From the NCBI GenBank assembly GCA_051362555.1, contig CM120643.1, forward strand, positions 12,374,644-12,438,643: a stretch of 64,000 nucleotides of DNA, written 5' to 3'. This stretch comes from Lingula anatina (taxonomy: Eukaryota; Animalia; Brachiopoda). Below are positions 53,648 to 64,000 of the stretch, one piece after another. The translations under genes and the position numbers were made by a program. Every line of letters starts with the position of its first letter. Positions within the stretch are counted from its first letter, which is position 1. The notes beneath the pieces were generated by a model. It did no database searches. It was not told the DNA's origin and saw only the letters and a program-made list of their open reading frames with translations.

Positions 53648-54526
53648 GCCTTTATAAGTTTGTTTCATTTCTTTGCTTCAAAGCATTGGGACATGTTTGA
53701 ACATATGGTAGTGCTGAGTCCAAAATCCAAAAAGTAAATGGAAAAATAAGTAAAAACAAAGATTACACGTATAAACATCGTGTAATAAGCGGTTTTGCCC
53801 GAAATCTTTTTTTTTTCAATGATATTACATTTTCCGTGCGTCTGACACGTTCTATAAATGTTTAAATTGGAAAGCGCAACAAATATCTTAATATTGGCAT
53901 GATTTTTTCCAAAACAGGTCTACTGCAATTAAGGATTATTGTGCAGAAGTCTCATAAAAACAGTGACAATTTGTCTTGTTACAAAAAGGCATACAATGAC
54001 ATTTGAATTGACTGCTGCTGATTTGATTCAAAGTAGACTAAAACATAAGTTTAGACCAATTTTCTGTCTTGAGAGATATCACTTGAAACATACCCCTGAT
54101 TCTAATAACGGAACTTACGTGAGTCGGATTGGAAGAAAATTGCTGTATTTGCCAAATCAAGACGGCTAGCATCGGATTTTGAAGAACTGGGCACGTACAT
54201 CAACCAGGTTAATAGTCTGTATTGTCTAGGTTGGGATATATCAAAAAAAGAGGCAGACGATTTTTTATAAGATTTATTCAACTGTTGTGCATTTTTTTTT
54301 TTCATTCGACATTAAACCAGAAGTTCATGTGATCGTAACAAAATAACAAAATTATTAAAACACGTTACAAAACAGTTTAACAAAATACATATTCACAGAC
54401 ACAATAGAAAATGACTGCCCTAAGGCCTGTGTAGCAATTAATCAATTTTAATAATAACAATGATGATCATGGAGTGCCTCCATACTGTAATTGATAGAGA
54501 GAGTTGATAGTGTAAACATACATAAA

Positions 54527-54708
54527 TACTTTATAAAAATTCGAATTTTTACAGTTTAGGTGAATTGTAAATTAATCCTGCTCTTCCTGAAGGTAATTAA
54601 TAAAAAAGATTAATAACGTACAGATCAGACAGGGAGACAGATAAGGTCAGTTTAATTTCCATTGCGAGTTCATTTGATGTCAGTGCAAATGTTCATCACC
54701 AAACAACG
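54527..54708 (+). repeat. Left arm of a 182-bp inverted repeat flanking the GPCR
   Basis: Reverse complement of 58513-58694. Ungapped, 9 mismatches by manual count, with an identical 79-bp core at 54616-54694. Confidence 0.93.
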
Positions 54709-56007
54709 TTATATATATATTTTAGGACAGAAGTTCCACAAACAGTTTTTAGACCCACGTAACATTCTGAACCATCGGAAACTTTCAGGCATGCTGGATG
54801 TCTGTCTTCCTATTTTTAGACTAAAGGATTTGTCTTCAGAAATATAAATATATATATATCGTTTATTAAAGGATTTTACATATGACAGCTTGCCCGGAGA
54901 GCACCTTAACTTTTTCTCAAGGAATGAACAAATCTAAAAATTCAAATAATCTGAACACCGGGCAAAACTTGCTTTATCGATCTACCTCGTAATTATTCAG
55001 TATGTGTTTTTTTTTTCAACAAATTTCTCATGAACCCCCTAGTCCCAGTGGGCAGAGACCTAACCGATGATAAAGCAATTTTCTATGCCTCATCTCTCCG
55101 CAATTACGCGCTTACTGGGCATAGAATTTTATCAGAGGAATTGCTCATGGATTCCTTCCCACTCAAAATACTCCCTGAACCGTTTTCACAACTTGGTGGG
55201 TTTCAGATAACGTCTAGCGAAATGTATGGAAATTGAAATGAATGAATTGGCTTATCAGAAAATCTTCTTGGCAAGGATAAATTTACTGTTGGCTTCGTTT
55301 GGCTAATAAATTTTGCTAAAAACTGTCGCCTTACATGTGCTATGACACTGTTCCAACTCCACCTAATTAGGAACGCTTGTACATTGTACGTCATGCATTT
55401 CCAAATGGTAAAATTTATTGACAACTTTATTTCGTTTAAATATTTCAATAACTTCTTTGGTGAAAAGGAACAATTTCCCTTGCAAAGAATGGTTGGGCTC
55501 TTCAATTCTCATTTCACAGAAATCACAGCCAAACTTTCGTTGCTTGCCAAGTTGCCTGACCATGTTACGAAATCGATTATCAGAATGTCCAGTTAAATAT
55601 GATTTATACTACAATACGATAGAAAAACGATAACAATTATTTCACGACATAGCTCTACGGTTTTACAAATGATTACAAAATATCTCATTTCTCGCATACA
55701 ATGTCATTGCAACCCCCTAACGAGATCGCTTCCGAAAAGTGACCGAAGTAATGATGATTATAATGTACTGTTTGTTCTCAATATTCAATAACCATTATCG
55801 ACCGCCTGTGTGTTTCTTACTGACTGATTCACCTTGTTAACTTCTTCTGAGATCATATTTCAAGCATAACTATCATTTTCCTAACGGCTTGAGTTTCCAG
55901 GGCAACACGATTACGAGGTCATGTGTCTGGGTGATTGGGTACATATAATAAAAAAATTCTGGCAGTGATGGATAAAATGCATACATCATGCCAACTACGC
56001 AGATGTA

Positions 56008-56013
56008 TTTATT
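56008..56013 (-). terminator. Candidate polyadenylation signal for the GPCR
   Basis: AATAAA on the minus strand about 240 nt past the stop codon. Confidence 0.3.
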
Positions 56014-56249
56014 CTCACATTTCACTCCGAACTCACCTGACTTTTAACCATTACGAACACGAACAACTGACTAAACGTGTGTAATGTGATCTTAACGCTA
56101 AGATGAGCTGAATTATTTGACCTCAGAAGTTTGGGCCTGATTGGAAAATGGTATCAACTGGTACATATGATGCGAGTTTTAGTCATCAATCATTAGGAAT
56201 AAGTTCATTTATATCATGGCTTCGGTAAAATATGGTGGCAGCGGATTAA

Positions 56250-57362
56250 TTAGGCGAAGCTTTTCTTAATTAGAGTCCTTTCTCTCAGTAATATATCACT
56301 GCGCGTTGTTTCAGCAGACGATTGGTGAGATTGCCGCATCCGGCTGAACCGACATTGTATGGCCCTTCGGAACGCTCTCCTAAAGTCCGTGGACACAAAA
56401 TTATAAATAATGGGGTTGACGCACGAGTTTGAAAAGGCCAAAATTTGAGCAGTCACACTTGCAACAAATATTGTAATTGTATCCATAGTCCCCACTATGG
56501 GCAGGGCATTTAAAACAGAAATGATGAGAAACGGTGCCCAAAATACAAAAAACACAACTGCGACTGATACGACAAGAATTACCAATTTACGAGTACTACG
56601 TCTCGATGTTTCAATCCTTTCCATCGTTTCATTTTCCATTTCTCGTATGACGCCTCTGTTACGGCGCAGAGCGGTGATAATAAATGTGGTCCCAACGAAA
56701 CATATGACTATTGGAAGTAAGAAGTCTACTCCCACCGTGATCGACGTGATGGTGTCTTTGTGATGGTAAGTAATCGTGCAGGCTCCTGTGGAATTATTAC
56801 TTTCAGTGTAATACAGAGCTAATGGCGAGTTAACAATCGCCATGCTCAACCAGATGGCGGCACTGGCCACCAGGGCGTAGCGTTTGGTCAGTATCCGAGA
56901 CGCGTGCAGGGGAAAGGCTACTGCAATGCACCGGAACACGCAAATGATCATGAGAGAATACGCACTGACGGACATGGTGACGAATATCGTGTATTTGAAT
57001 AGTTTGCACAGAGGCTCTCCAAGAGTCAAATCGAACCGCTTGATGTAGAAAGCGCTCTGAAGGGGAACACAGAAAACCAAAAAGAGCATATCTGCTATGG
57101 CCAAGTTCAGGAACAGCATATTTGGACAAGTTCGGAGATACTTGTTGGCCAGGATCACGTAGATAACCATACCATTGCCTATGACACCAACGAGTAAAAA
57201 ACATCCGAATATTATCGGACACAATACTGAAAAGAGTTCAGCCAAGCTGAAGTAAAGAGCAATTTCTCGTTGTACTTCTAAGTTCAAACTGTATTTTGAA
57301 TTAGATCCATTCAAGGAGACATTGGGTCGATAAGACTGGTTGACGTCGAGTACAATATTCAT
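56250..57362 (-). CDS. Class A (rhodopsin-like) neuropeptide-type GPCR, galanin/allatostatin-A receptor-like, CDS without introns
   Basis: 370 aa with seven hydrophobic segments. Motifs GN (TM1), NLAIADMLF (TM2), LCK, FRCIAV at the DRY position, W (TM4), FLLP (TM5), FWAPF (TM6), NSCVNPIIY (TM7) and FRRAF (helix 8). N-terminal N-glycosylation sequons. Confidence 0.93.
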   Translation of the reverse strand: MNIVLDVNQSYRPNVSLNGSNSKYSLNLEVQREIALYFSLAELFSVLCPIIFGCFLLVGVIGNGMVIYVILANKYLRTCPNMLFLNLAIADMLFLVFCVPLQSAFYIKRFDLTLGEPLCKLFKYTIFVTMSVSAYSLMIICVFRCIAVAFPLHASRILTKRYALVASAAIWLSMAIVNSPLALYYTESNNSTGACTITYHHKDTITSITVGVDFLLPIVICFVGTTFIITALRRNRGVIREMENETMERIETSRRSTRKLVILVVSVAVVFFVFWAPFLIISVLNALPIVGTMDTITIFVASVTAQILAFSNSCVNPIIYNFVSTDFRRAFRRAIQCRFSRMRQSHQSSAETTRSDILLRERTLIKKSFA

Positions 57363-58512
57363 TTTGATTCTAATGGAAAATCACACCTCTAAATCTTCAA
57401 ATAATTGGGCATAAAAGCATTCTTCTCTTAAAAAACACTGCTGGCCGTCTTCTGGCATTTCTGTTTTTCTAACAGTTCAATATGAACGCCATCGTTGCAG
57501 TATCCATCCCTTCCCTGCTGGAATCTACTCAAATCTAGCTGAACCCACCATGTGTTCAGTGTTGAGATTTTTTGAAAACGCGCTTGTGCTGACGTTCAAA
57601 AGCCCTGTCCGTGCTTTCTCCTTCACTCACCAGCACGTGAAATGGCGCAATTCTTCCAGGTTTTGTTGTACCTTGTCACGTGGTCTTCGCCATGAGGAAA
57701 GAGCAAAGCTTTGTGGAGTCTGAAAAACACAACAAGAGGGCGCTTTAAGTAAATTACGTCATGCTCAAATCATTACAGAGAAAAAGCTCACGTATCTAAA
57801 ATAACGTTATTTGGTGGAGCCAATTAAGTGCAATTCCCATCGGCTTTTATACTCAGGCGGATTCCTCTATTTTTTACAGCAAAATTCATCAAAGCCGGGT
57901 CGACACTGAATAATTCTTTGAATATAAACATAAATGTACAAAAACGTAATCTCCCATATGACAGGCAAATATTCCTAGGCCTACGTAATTAATAATTAGA
58001 AAACTATGCAGCCTAGCCAGCCTGAAATTGCCACTTGGTGTTAAATAAACTTATTTTCATAATTATTGTTATAAGTACACGTATCCCAATACTCAATTGC
58101 AAGGTACACTTAGTAGAAGTAACAACGTGAATCATGCCCTAAATACAGATTACCCGCCGAGCCAGGATATCTAGAAGGCGGTCAGGCGGTTAAAAAAATG
58201 ATGTGCCATTTTTGCCTACTAACTCATCGATAATAATTAAGATAATAAAGGGGAAATATGGCTCAGTTAGTGCCGGAGTGCGATCTGCCGCTCTTATTTG
58301 GGGCAGAGTTGGGGCTGTGGGAATTATTCTGATCTTGAAAAGGAAGCGGTGGGTTAACACACGGAACGTTTACCACCACTCAGATAATCATCGAGTTGAA
58401 GTGTTTCCTTAATGCCACAAGAGACAATTGATGTGTAGGGAGTTAAGAAAATCATCAGTCCATCCTTGACTCAATTCGGAGAAAACAGGTTTCCTAAAAA
58501 CCTATAACCTTG

Positions 58513-58694
58513 CGTTGTTTGGTGACGAACATTTGCACTGACATCAAATGAACTCGCAATGGAAATTAAACTGACCTTATCTGTCTCCCTGTCTGATCTG
58601 TACGTAAATAATCTTTTTTATTAATAACCTTCAGGAAGAGTAGGATTAATCTACAATTCACCTAAACTGTAAAAGATGGAATTTTTATAAAGTA
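58513..58694 (-). repeat. Right arm of a 182-bp inverted repeat flanking the GPCR
   Basis: Reverse complement of 54527-54708. Confidence 0.93.
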
Positions 58695-58904
58695 AAAAAA
58701 AATATATATATATATATAAAATCTCCGTGTGAACAATTACAGCAAAGAGGAATTTGCCAATCAAGTCCTCTTTAGACTACTTCGCCCGACTTTCAGTAAC
58801 TTAAATTATAATATTTGCATATTTATTTACATATTTAGAGTAATAGCACATGATAAAAATGACTAAGACCAAACAAGAATTATAATCAACACGTATACCA
58901 TATA

Positions 58905-60564
58905 CAGACTTGACATTTAATATGGAATACTTCAGTTTCGACGGTATGCCTAGGTAAAAATGCGTTCTATTTTCAAAAATCTCAAATCTCATATTAGATA
59001 TGTGAATGGAGAAGTGTTTAGTCATGTGTATCGCTTCCAATTAACTGAATACCAGGTTTGTTGTGCTGCTGAATTATGTAATATGCAGTGGTTTAATTGG
59101 GCAGTGCTCCTTTGGGCAAATCAAAGCTTGGATTTGGCAAAGCATGGTTCTGTCAAAAAAGTATCCATTTGTCGGCAACTACTGCATAGAACAATCTGAA
59201 ATTTTGCATGCAAGTGGTCGGTCTTGCAGTGTGTAAAATGAGCTATGCAGTGCTTTACAATTTTTTTTAATCTGTGGCAGAATGGCGAGGAAAAAGACAG
59301 ACATTGCCAGACATATATCGCGCCAAACCAAACGCTCCGCACAGTTTTATAGAGTAATGCCCAGACTGATGTACCTACACAGAGGCCACACCCAATGTAT
59401 TGGAATCTTACCACCAGGGTACAAGACCCACTGTCTTTCGGGATATGCTGTTGCAACTAAACAAAAACGACCCAGTCCGTTCAGAATGAGGGGTAAATTG
59501 CCACCAAAACGCAATTTTCAAGGCCCTTAGCGAACACCAACCTGGTTTTAGCAGGTTAGAATACCAGACGACCTCCGAGAAATCCACTGTAAACAGCAAA
59601 ACATCGTTGTATATTTCCCTAATGAATTGGGGACCTTGACCGTTTCTGGGTTGAACACTGAAACTTCGTGGCTTTCTTTATTAAGGTCAGATTTCACCTG
59701 TAACGCGCAACTAGTCAAAACAGAATTTTCAGACATCCAGAAGAGGCCAAGACGAAGCGTGTGCCGCATCTAAAGTGACTAAGGTCATTAACAGCGTCAG
59801 TATTTGGAGTTGATACCACATTGGTGCCAAAACACCAATGGTAGTCATCGACGAAAACCTGAACCAGATCAAATCAAGGAATAATCTGGGAACCACTTGA
59901 CTATCATTTGATAGGGGGCAGCTTAGGAACAATTTTAGGTTGCACGGTGAGATAGCCGGTTCACACAGAGCGCTTTTAAAAGCAGATTACTTACAAAACC
60001 AAGTGAATGAGCAGCTACCTTGGTAATCAAAATCGCCATATTTGAACCACATAGACAATACGTGGGTAGGTCATTACTAGCCGAATCAATGGCCTATATG
60101 CCCTACAACAAAACTGGACCAAATTGGACAGAGTTTGACCGATGCCTGGAATGTTATTCCAGATTAAACTCTAAAAACCTATCCCAAGGAATGCCTTGCC
60201 ACGTGAGAGCGCTGGTAGCAGCCAGAAGAGGTTAGGCGTAACAGCAACCGTTACTGTGACTAGACACTGACATGAGGGTCCTTTGTGGAGAGTGTAACTC
60301 TTTTACAGACAATAGTTTGAAAAATATGGAGATCCAAAATATCTCTTTTAATGGTTGTCGTATGTATAGAATAGGCAATGTGTTTTTGTTTGCTTCTCTG
60401 GCGAATTTCATTAATGAACTGATATCACAGTGACATCCAGGAGATAATTAAAAGTTATTAAAACACGATTGTAATCCTTATTTTCATTTATCAGTCAGCA
60501 AAATAGGAAAAAACTGATGTAAAACGATTTGGAAAAAAATATTCCATATTAAATGTCAAGTCTG
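58905..60564 (+). mobile_element. Full-length, decayed Tc1/mariner (Tc1-type) DNA transposon, 1660 bp
   Basis: Perfect 25-bp TIRs CAGACTTGACATTTAATATGGAATA (58905-58929 and 60540-60564), each flanked by TA. Broken transposase motifs AKTPMVVIDENLN, QLPW*SKSPYLNHIDNTW (compare WPxxSPDLNPIE) and GMPCHVRALVAARRG. Confidence 0.9.
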
Positions 60565-61102
60565 TATAATATGCACACTTATGTTAGTAATGTTAGTTAC
60601 ATGTACAATCATTTAGTTTGAAAATAAGTTAAGTAATGTTGGGAACGTTTAGTTGTAAGGTGTATGATATATACAGTTTGTTGGATGCGTTTAGTGGTGT
60701 TTTTGTTTGGAACCGAGTCAAATAATTATTCCGAATATTAATTGTTTAACTATTACTGGTATTGTTTAACCTAACTTAAGTTTTCAAGAAAACCATAACA
60801 TTGCATCGGGTATTAATTATAAACGTATTATACGCATGTTATCAGAGGTGAGTTTTCAGCGATAACCAATGTCTTGGGGACTACAGCTTTGAATTAAACG
60901 GAAAACTGATGACTAGGAAGGACAAAGAACGGAGACGGCTCAGACCACTGCTGCCAGTCAATGTCAACAAATAATCCAAGATGTTGCAGCTTGCTTGTTT
61001 TAAATCAGACGTTACACAGGAAACATCATTCATGTTCTTCGAGTGTGTGACGTTGCAAAAAATACCGTTCTGCCTTCGTTTACTGTATTCTATATCATTG
61101 TT

Positions 61103-61138
<36 letters not shown>

Positions 61139-61348
61139 TCATTAATTCATTCATTCATTCAGTCAGTCAGTCATGTATTTATATATATTTATTTACGTAT
61201 TTATTTATTTATTAATTACTATGGCCATATGCATATATCCTTCCATGACTGGATAATTTGGCAATCAGTACAGCTTGCCCCTATGTGGGTAGGAAGATCA
61301 TGCGTAGCAAGCAGGGCAGTATCCTGCAAGCATGGAATAGAATACATA

Positions 61349-61546
61349 GGGGAGACCGGGGCTAGTTGACACTTTTGGCCTTGCAGAGCCAACTAGGAAT
61401 GAGTTAGAGTAACAAAGCCGGTTTCAAAGTAAGCCCCATGAACTAAGCTACGTATGCAACGTCATTATTTTTCAAATATAACGCCAGATGGCTCACAATT
61501 TAGCAAAAAACGCAAATGACGTCAGGGGGGCCAACTTGCCCCGCCG
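61349..61546. mobile_element. Degenerate MITE, pogo/Tc-like termini
   Basis: ta|ggggagaccggggctagttg ... caacttgccccgc imperfect inverted ends. Confidence 0.4.
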
Positions 61547-62907
61547 CAGGATTTGGAAGAGCTTTGGGGTCGGAAAAAATCGTCCTACTAGCGAGTGTGG
61601 TGTGGCAACAAATAAAAGCTGACAAAAATCATTCACGAATTTTTTGTGGTTGTCTTCATTTAAGTTCCGTAGAATAACAGTCTTTCACACGATAGGAGGC
61701 ATTTACGATGTTTTGCGTTTTACTTATGTGATGCTTTCTAAGACGACATTCCTGGAACATTGTGTTTCACCCTAATTGCTAAAAGGTTAGGTCCACCTCA
61801 CGCGGATTCTCGAATGTTTACTAGTCCTGTATGACGCTACGCAGTGCTGACAACCTTAATATAGGTTATCTTGGATTATGATTTTTACTCTTAGACCCAT
61901 GATGCAATGCACAGGGCTCCAAACATGCTCTAGACTATTGTTCTCAATCGTGGAATAAATACTTAGAACTTGATTACCGCTTTAAAACGAATGCACCGAA
62001 TACACCGCTTCTCTCATGGCCTACATAATTGATAAGTTCTATGTACAAGGACAGAAAATGACACTATATCCATTTGAGAATACACACAGAAGTTTTAATC
62101 AAATGGAATAGGAATAGTCATGGGACACTCCCTTTCTGAAAGAGTGCAATTAATAATATAAATAGCGTCCCTTTTGGGTATGCTTTGTTTCACGTCATGC
62201 ATCATGAGGACAGTCACCCAATTAAATTTAAGCCATAAATTTTTTTCCCTCATCTTCGAACCCATCTAGGATGTGATTAACGGTAAAATGACTGCTCCTC
62301 CCTCTAGGGGGTATAAGTTCGTGTTTTAATCAGTTTGTGATTAGACGTATTTAGGCTTTGCTGAAAGCAGGCGGTTGATTACAAATCCCGTACGTACTTC
62401 TTAGTCATCCGTCTTAAGCAAGCCTCCGACCTCAGAGATCACGTAAAGAAATAACGGTAGGTGGCAAGAAAAGCGTCTAAATTGAGTTCGAGATTAAATT
62501 GACGAGAAATTGTCAGGTTTCTCCCCCCCCCCCCTTGTCATCATCATCAGCATGAACCCTAAAACATTAAAAACCATAACTTGATATTGACAGGATGAAG
62601 AAGATTTGTACGTATGAAATCCCCCTAGCAGACACGCCATGTACTTGACATGAGCGGCCTGAAACAGGTCTCTAAGACTACTGGCAGAGGACCATTTCTT
62701 GCAGCTACTCCCTTTCCATGGTTTCTCAAACTAATTTATGTAGCCAAATGTTCACAAGCACAACGAAGCTCGGTTTTTGCTCAAAATAAAAAAAGAAATA
62801 AGTACATATGATTGATATTGTCATTTATTAAAATGACGAAATGTAATATGATACGAATGTACAAGATGGGGGATAATAACAACATATATAACTATAACTA
62901 TAACAAT

Positions 62908-63158
62908 AACTAGAAAAGCACTCCGAGAGCGCAGACCTCCGCCAAGGCAGCAATTTTTTTTTTTATTATTATTGATTATTGATTGGTTATGGATCCAGAT
63001 CACCACCAAAAACAAAAGATCTGTTCCTTGGTCCACTTCTGACAGCTCCTGAAAATTTCATCAAAATCGGTCCATAACTTTTTGAGTTATGTTGATGACA
63101 GTCAAACAAACAAACAAACAAACAGGGGTGAAAACAAAACCTCCTTGGCGGAGGTAAT
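62908..63158 (-). mobile_element. Non-autonomous Helentron/HINE (DINE-1-like) element
   Basis: On the minus strand: TTACCTCCGCCAAGGAGGTT 5' subterminal IR, (TTTG)n microsatellite, core, TTGGCGGAGGT 3' IR, hairpin GCGCTCTCGGAGTGC, ending TTTTCTAGTT. Confidence 0.8.
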
Positions 63159-64000
63159 TAAATGATTACACATACATCCCCCATGCAATAGAGCAAAAGT
63201 TGGCAAAACAATGGCGCAACACAAGTGCCTGATGCTTAGCCGGTTTTATTTGCGATTTTAACTAGAAAGTACAGAAAATCTTTAGGAACGGCAAATCCTC
63301 TGGCACAGGCAAAACAGCGCAGAATGAATGTCATTTCCCTCGAGAGAAAGCACTACTTAAGAAAACTATTAGATTTCTCTAGGGTGGCAAGATTAGTCTA
63401 CGAACATGTACATGTAACGAACTAGCTACCCATTCCCTAAAGCATGTTACGGCAGCAATGCATCTGCCCATTAACGGCCAGCAAAACGTCTGGTTCTTTT
63501 GTAGTGTTGGTTGTATGGCAGGAAACGTACAAGTAATACATAAAACTGAATAATAGTAAGTCTTTTAAAACGAGAATAACAGCTTACATTTTGGGTCTTT
63601 ACAGTAGGACAACGCGGGGTGTTCTAGCTTGTTTCTGATAGGATTTTTTTTAAGGTCAGGCATTGCAGCTGTCACGAAACGGCACTACTTCGTAACGCGG
63701 ACGCATTGAAAAGTCTCAAAATACGTCGTCATATTACCATATGTCTGAAAAATAAGTACAAACGAGGTCAATGTTTTCTTCACAGCTGAGCCGGCTCCAT
63801 CCTCAGACCCGGTTACCAGAACAAACTTTGTAAAGCTTCACAATCTTGTAGTAGCAATCTCGCGCCAGGTTCGGTCTATTCATTCACGCTACCAGGACTG
63901 ATGGATGATACTATAACACACAAAGTGTTGGCATCTGTTGTGTAACTCAATTAATGGTTGTATTTTGCCACCTGCTCCAGCAGATGTGTAATCTTAGAAC

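Noticed and set aside
56497-57222. ORFs 56497..56763 (+) and 56830..57222 (-) overlapping the GPCR
   Set aside because: They are antisense or alternate-frame by-products with no recognisable motifs.
47471-57362. Idea that the SMB-like ectodomain gene and the GPCR are halves of one split receptor
   Set aside because: They are on opposite strands, each has its own start and stop, and the GPCR is class A with its own short N-terminus rather than the 7TM type expected with that ectodomain.

Overview
AT-rich, intron-containing animal DNA, probably a lophotrochozoan invertebrate (inferred from the gene families, not proven). It is not prokaryotic, and I found no CRISPR array, rRNA or tRNA. Three protein-coding genes are supported. 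(1) A minus-strand ERG/FLI1 (Ets65A-class) ETS transcription factor spans about 675-30128, possibly to about 36300. I rebuilt its exons by hand from splice signals: a start-codon exon, a 940-nt polyQ/polyH exon, a 204-nt PNT exon, small phase-1 exons of 99, 33, 54, 66 and 48 nt, and the ETS exon, giving about 660 aa in frame. Several candidate alternative first exons would give PNT-less isoforms. (2) A plus-strand 3-exon gene (47471-49775, about 606 aa) encodes a signal peptide, a somatomedin-B-like/Cys-rich ectodomain and a GPI-like tail, with no 7TM region. (3) A minus-strand class A GPCR of galanin/allatostatin-A receptor type (56250-57362, CDS without introns) has FRC in place of DRY and sits between a 182-bp, about 95% identical inverted repeat pair. 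Mobile DNA includes a full-length decayed Tc1 element with perfect 25-bp TIRs, an inverted deleted second copy, Helentron-type non-autonomous elements (one nested in another) and several MITEs. Most short ORFs in the track are noise. I see no clear new biological system; the best leads are the inverted-repeat-bracketed GPCR, the 7TM-less ectodomain gene and the ERG isoform architecture.
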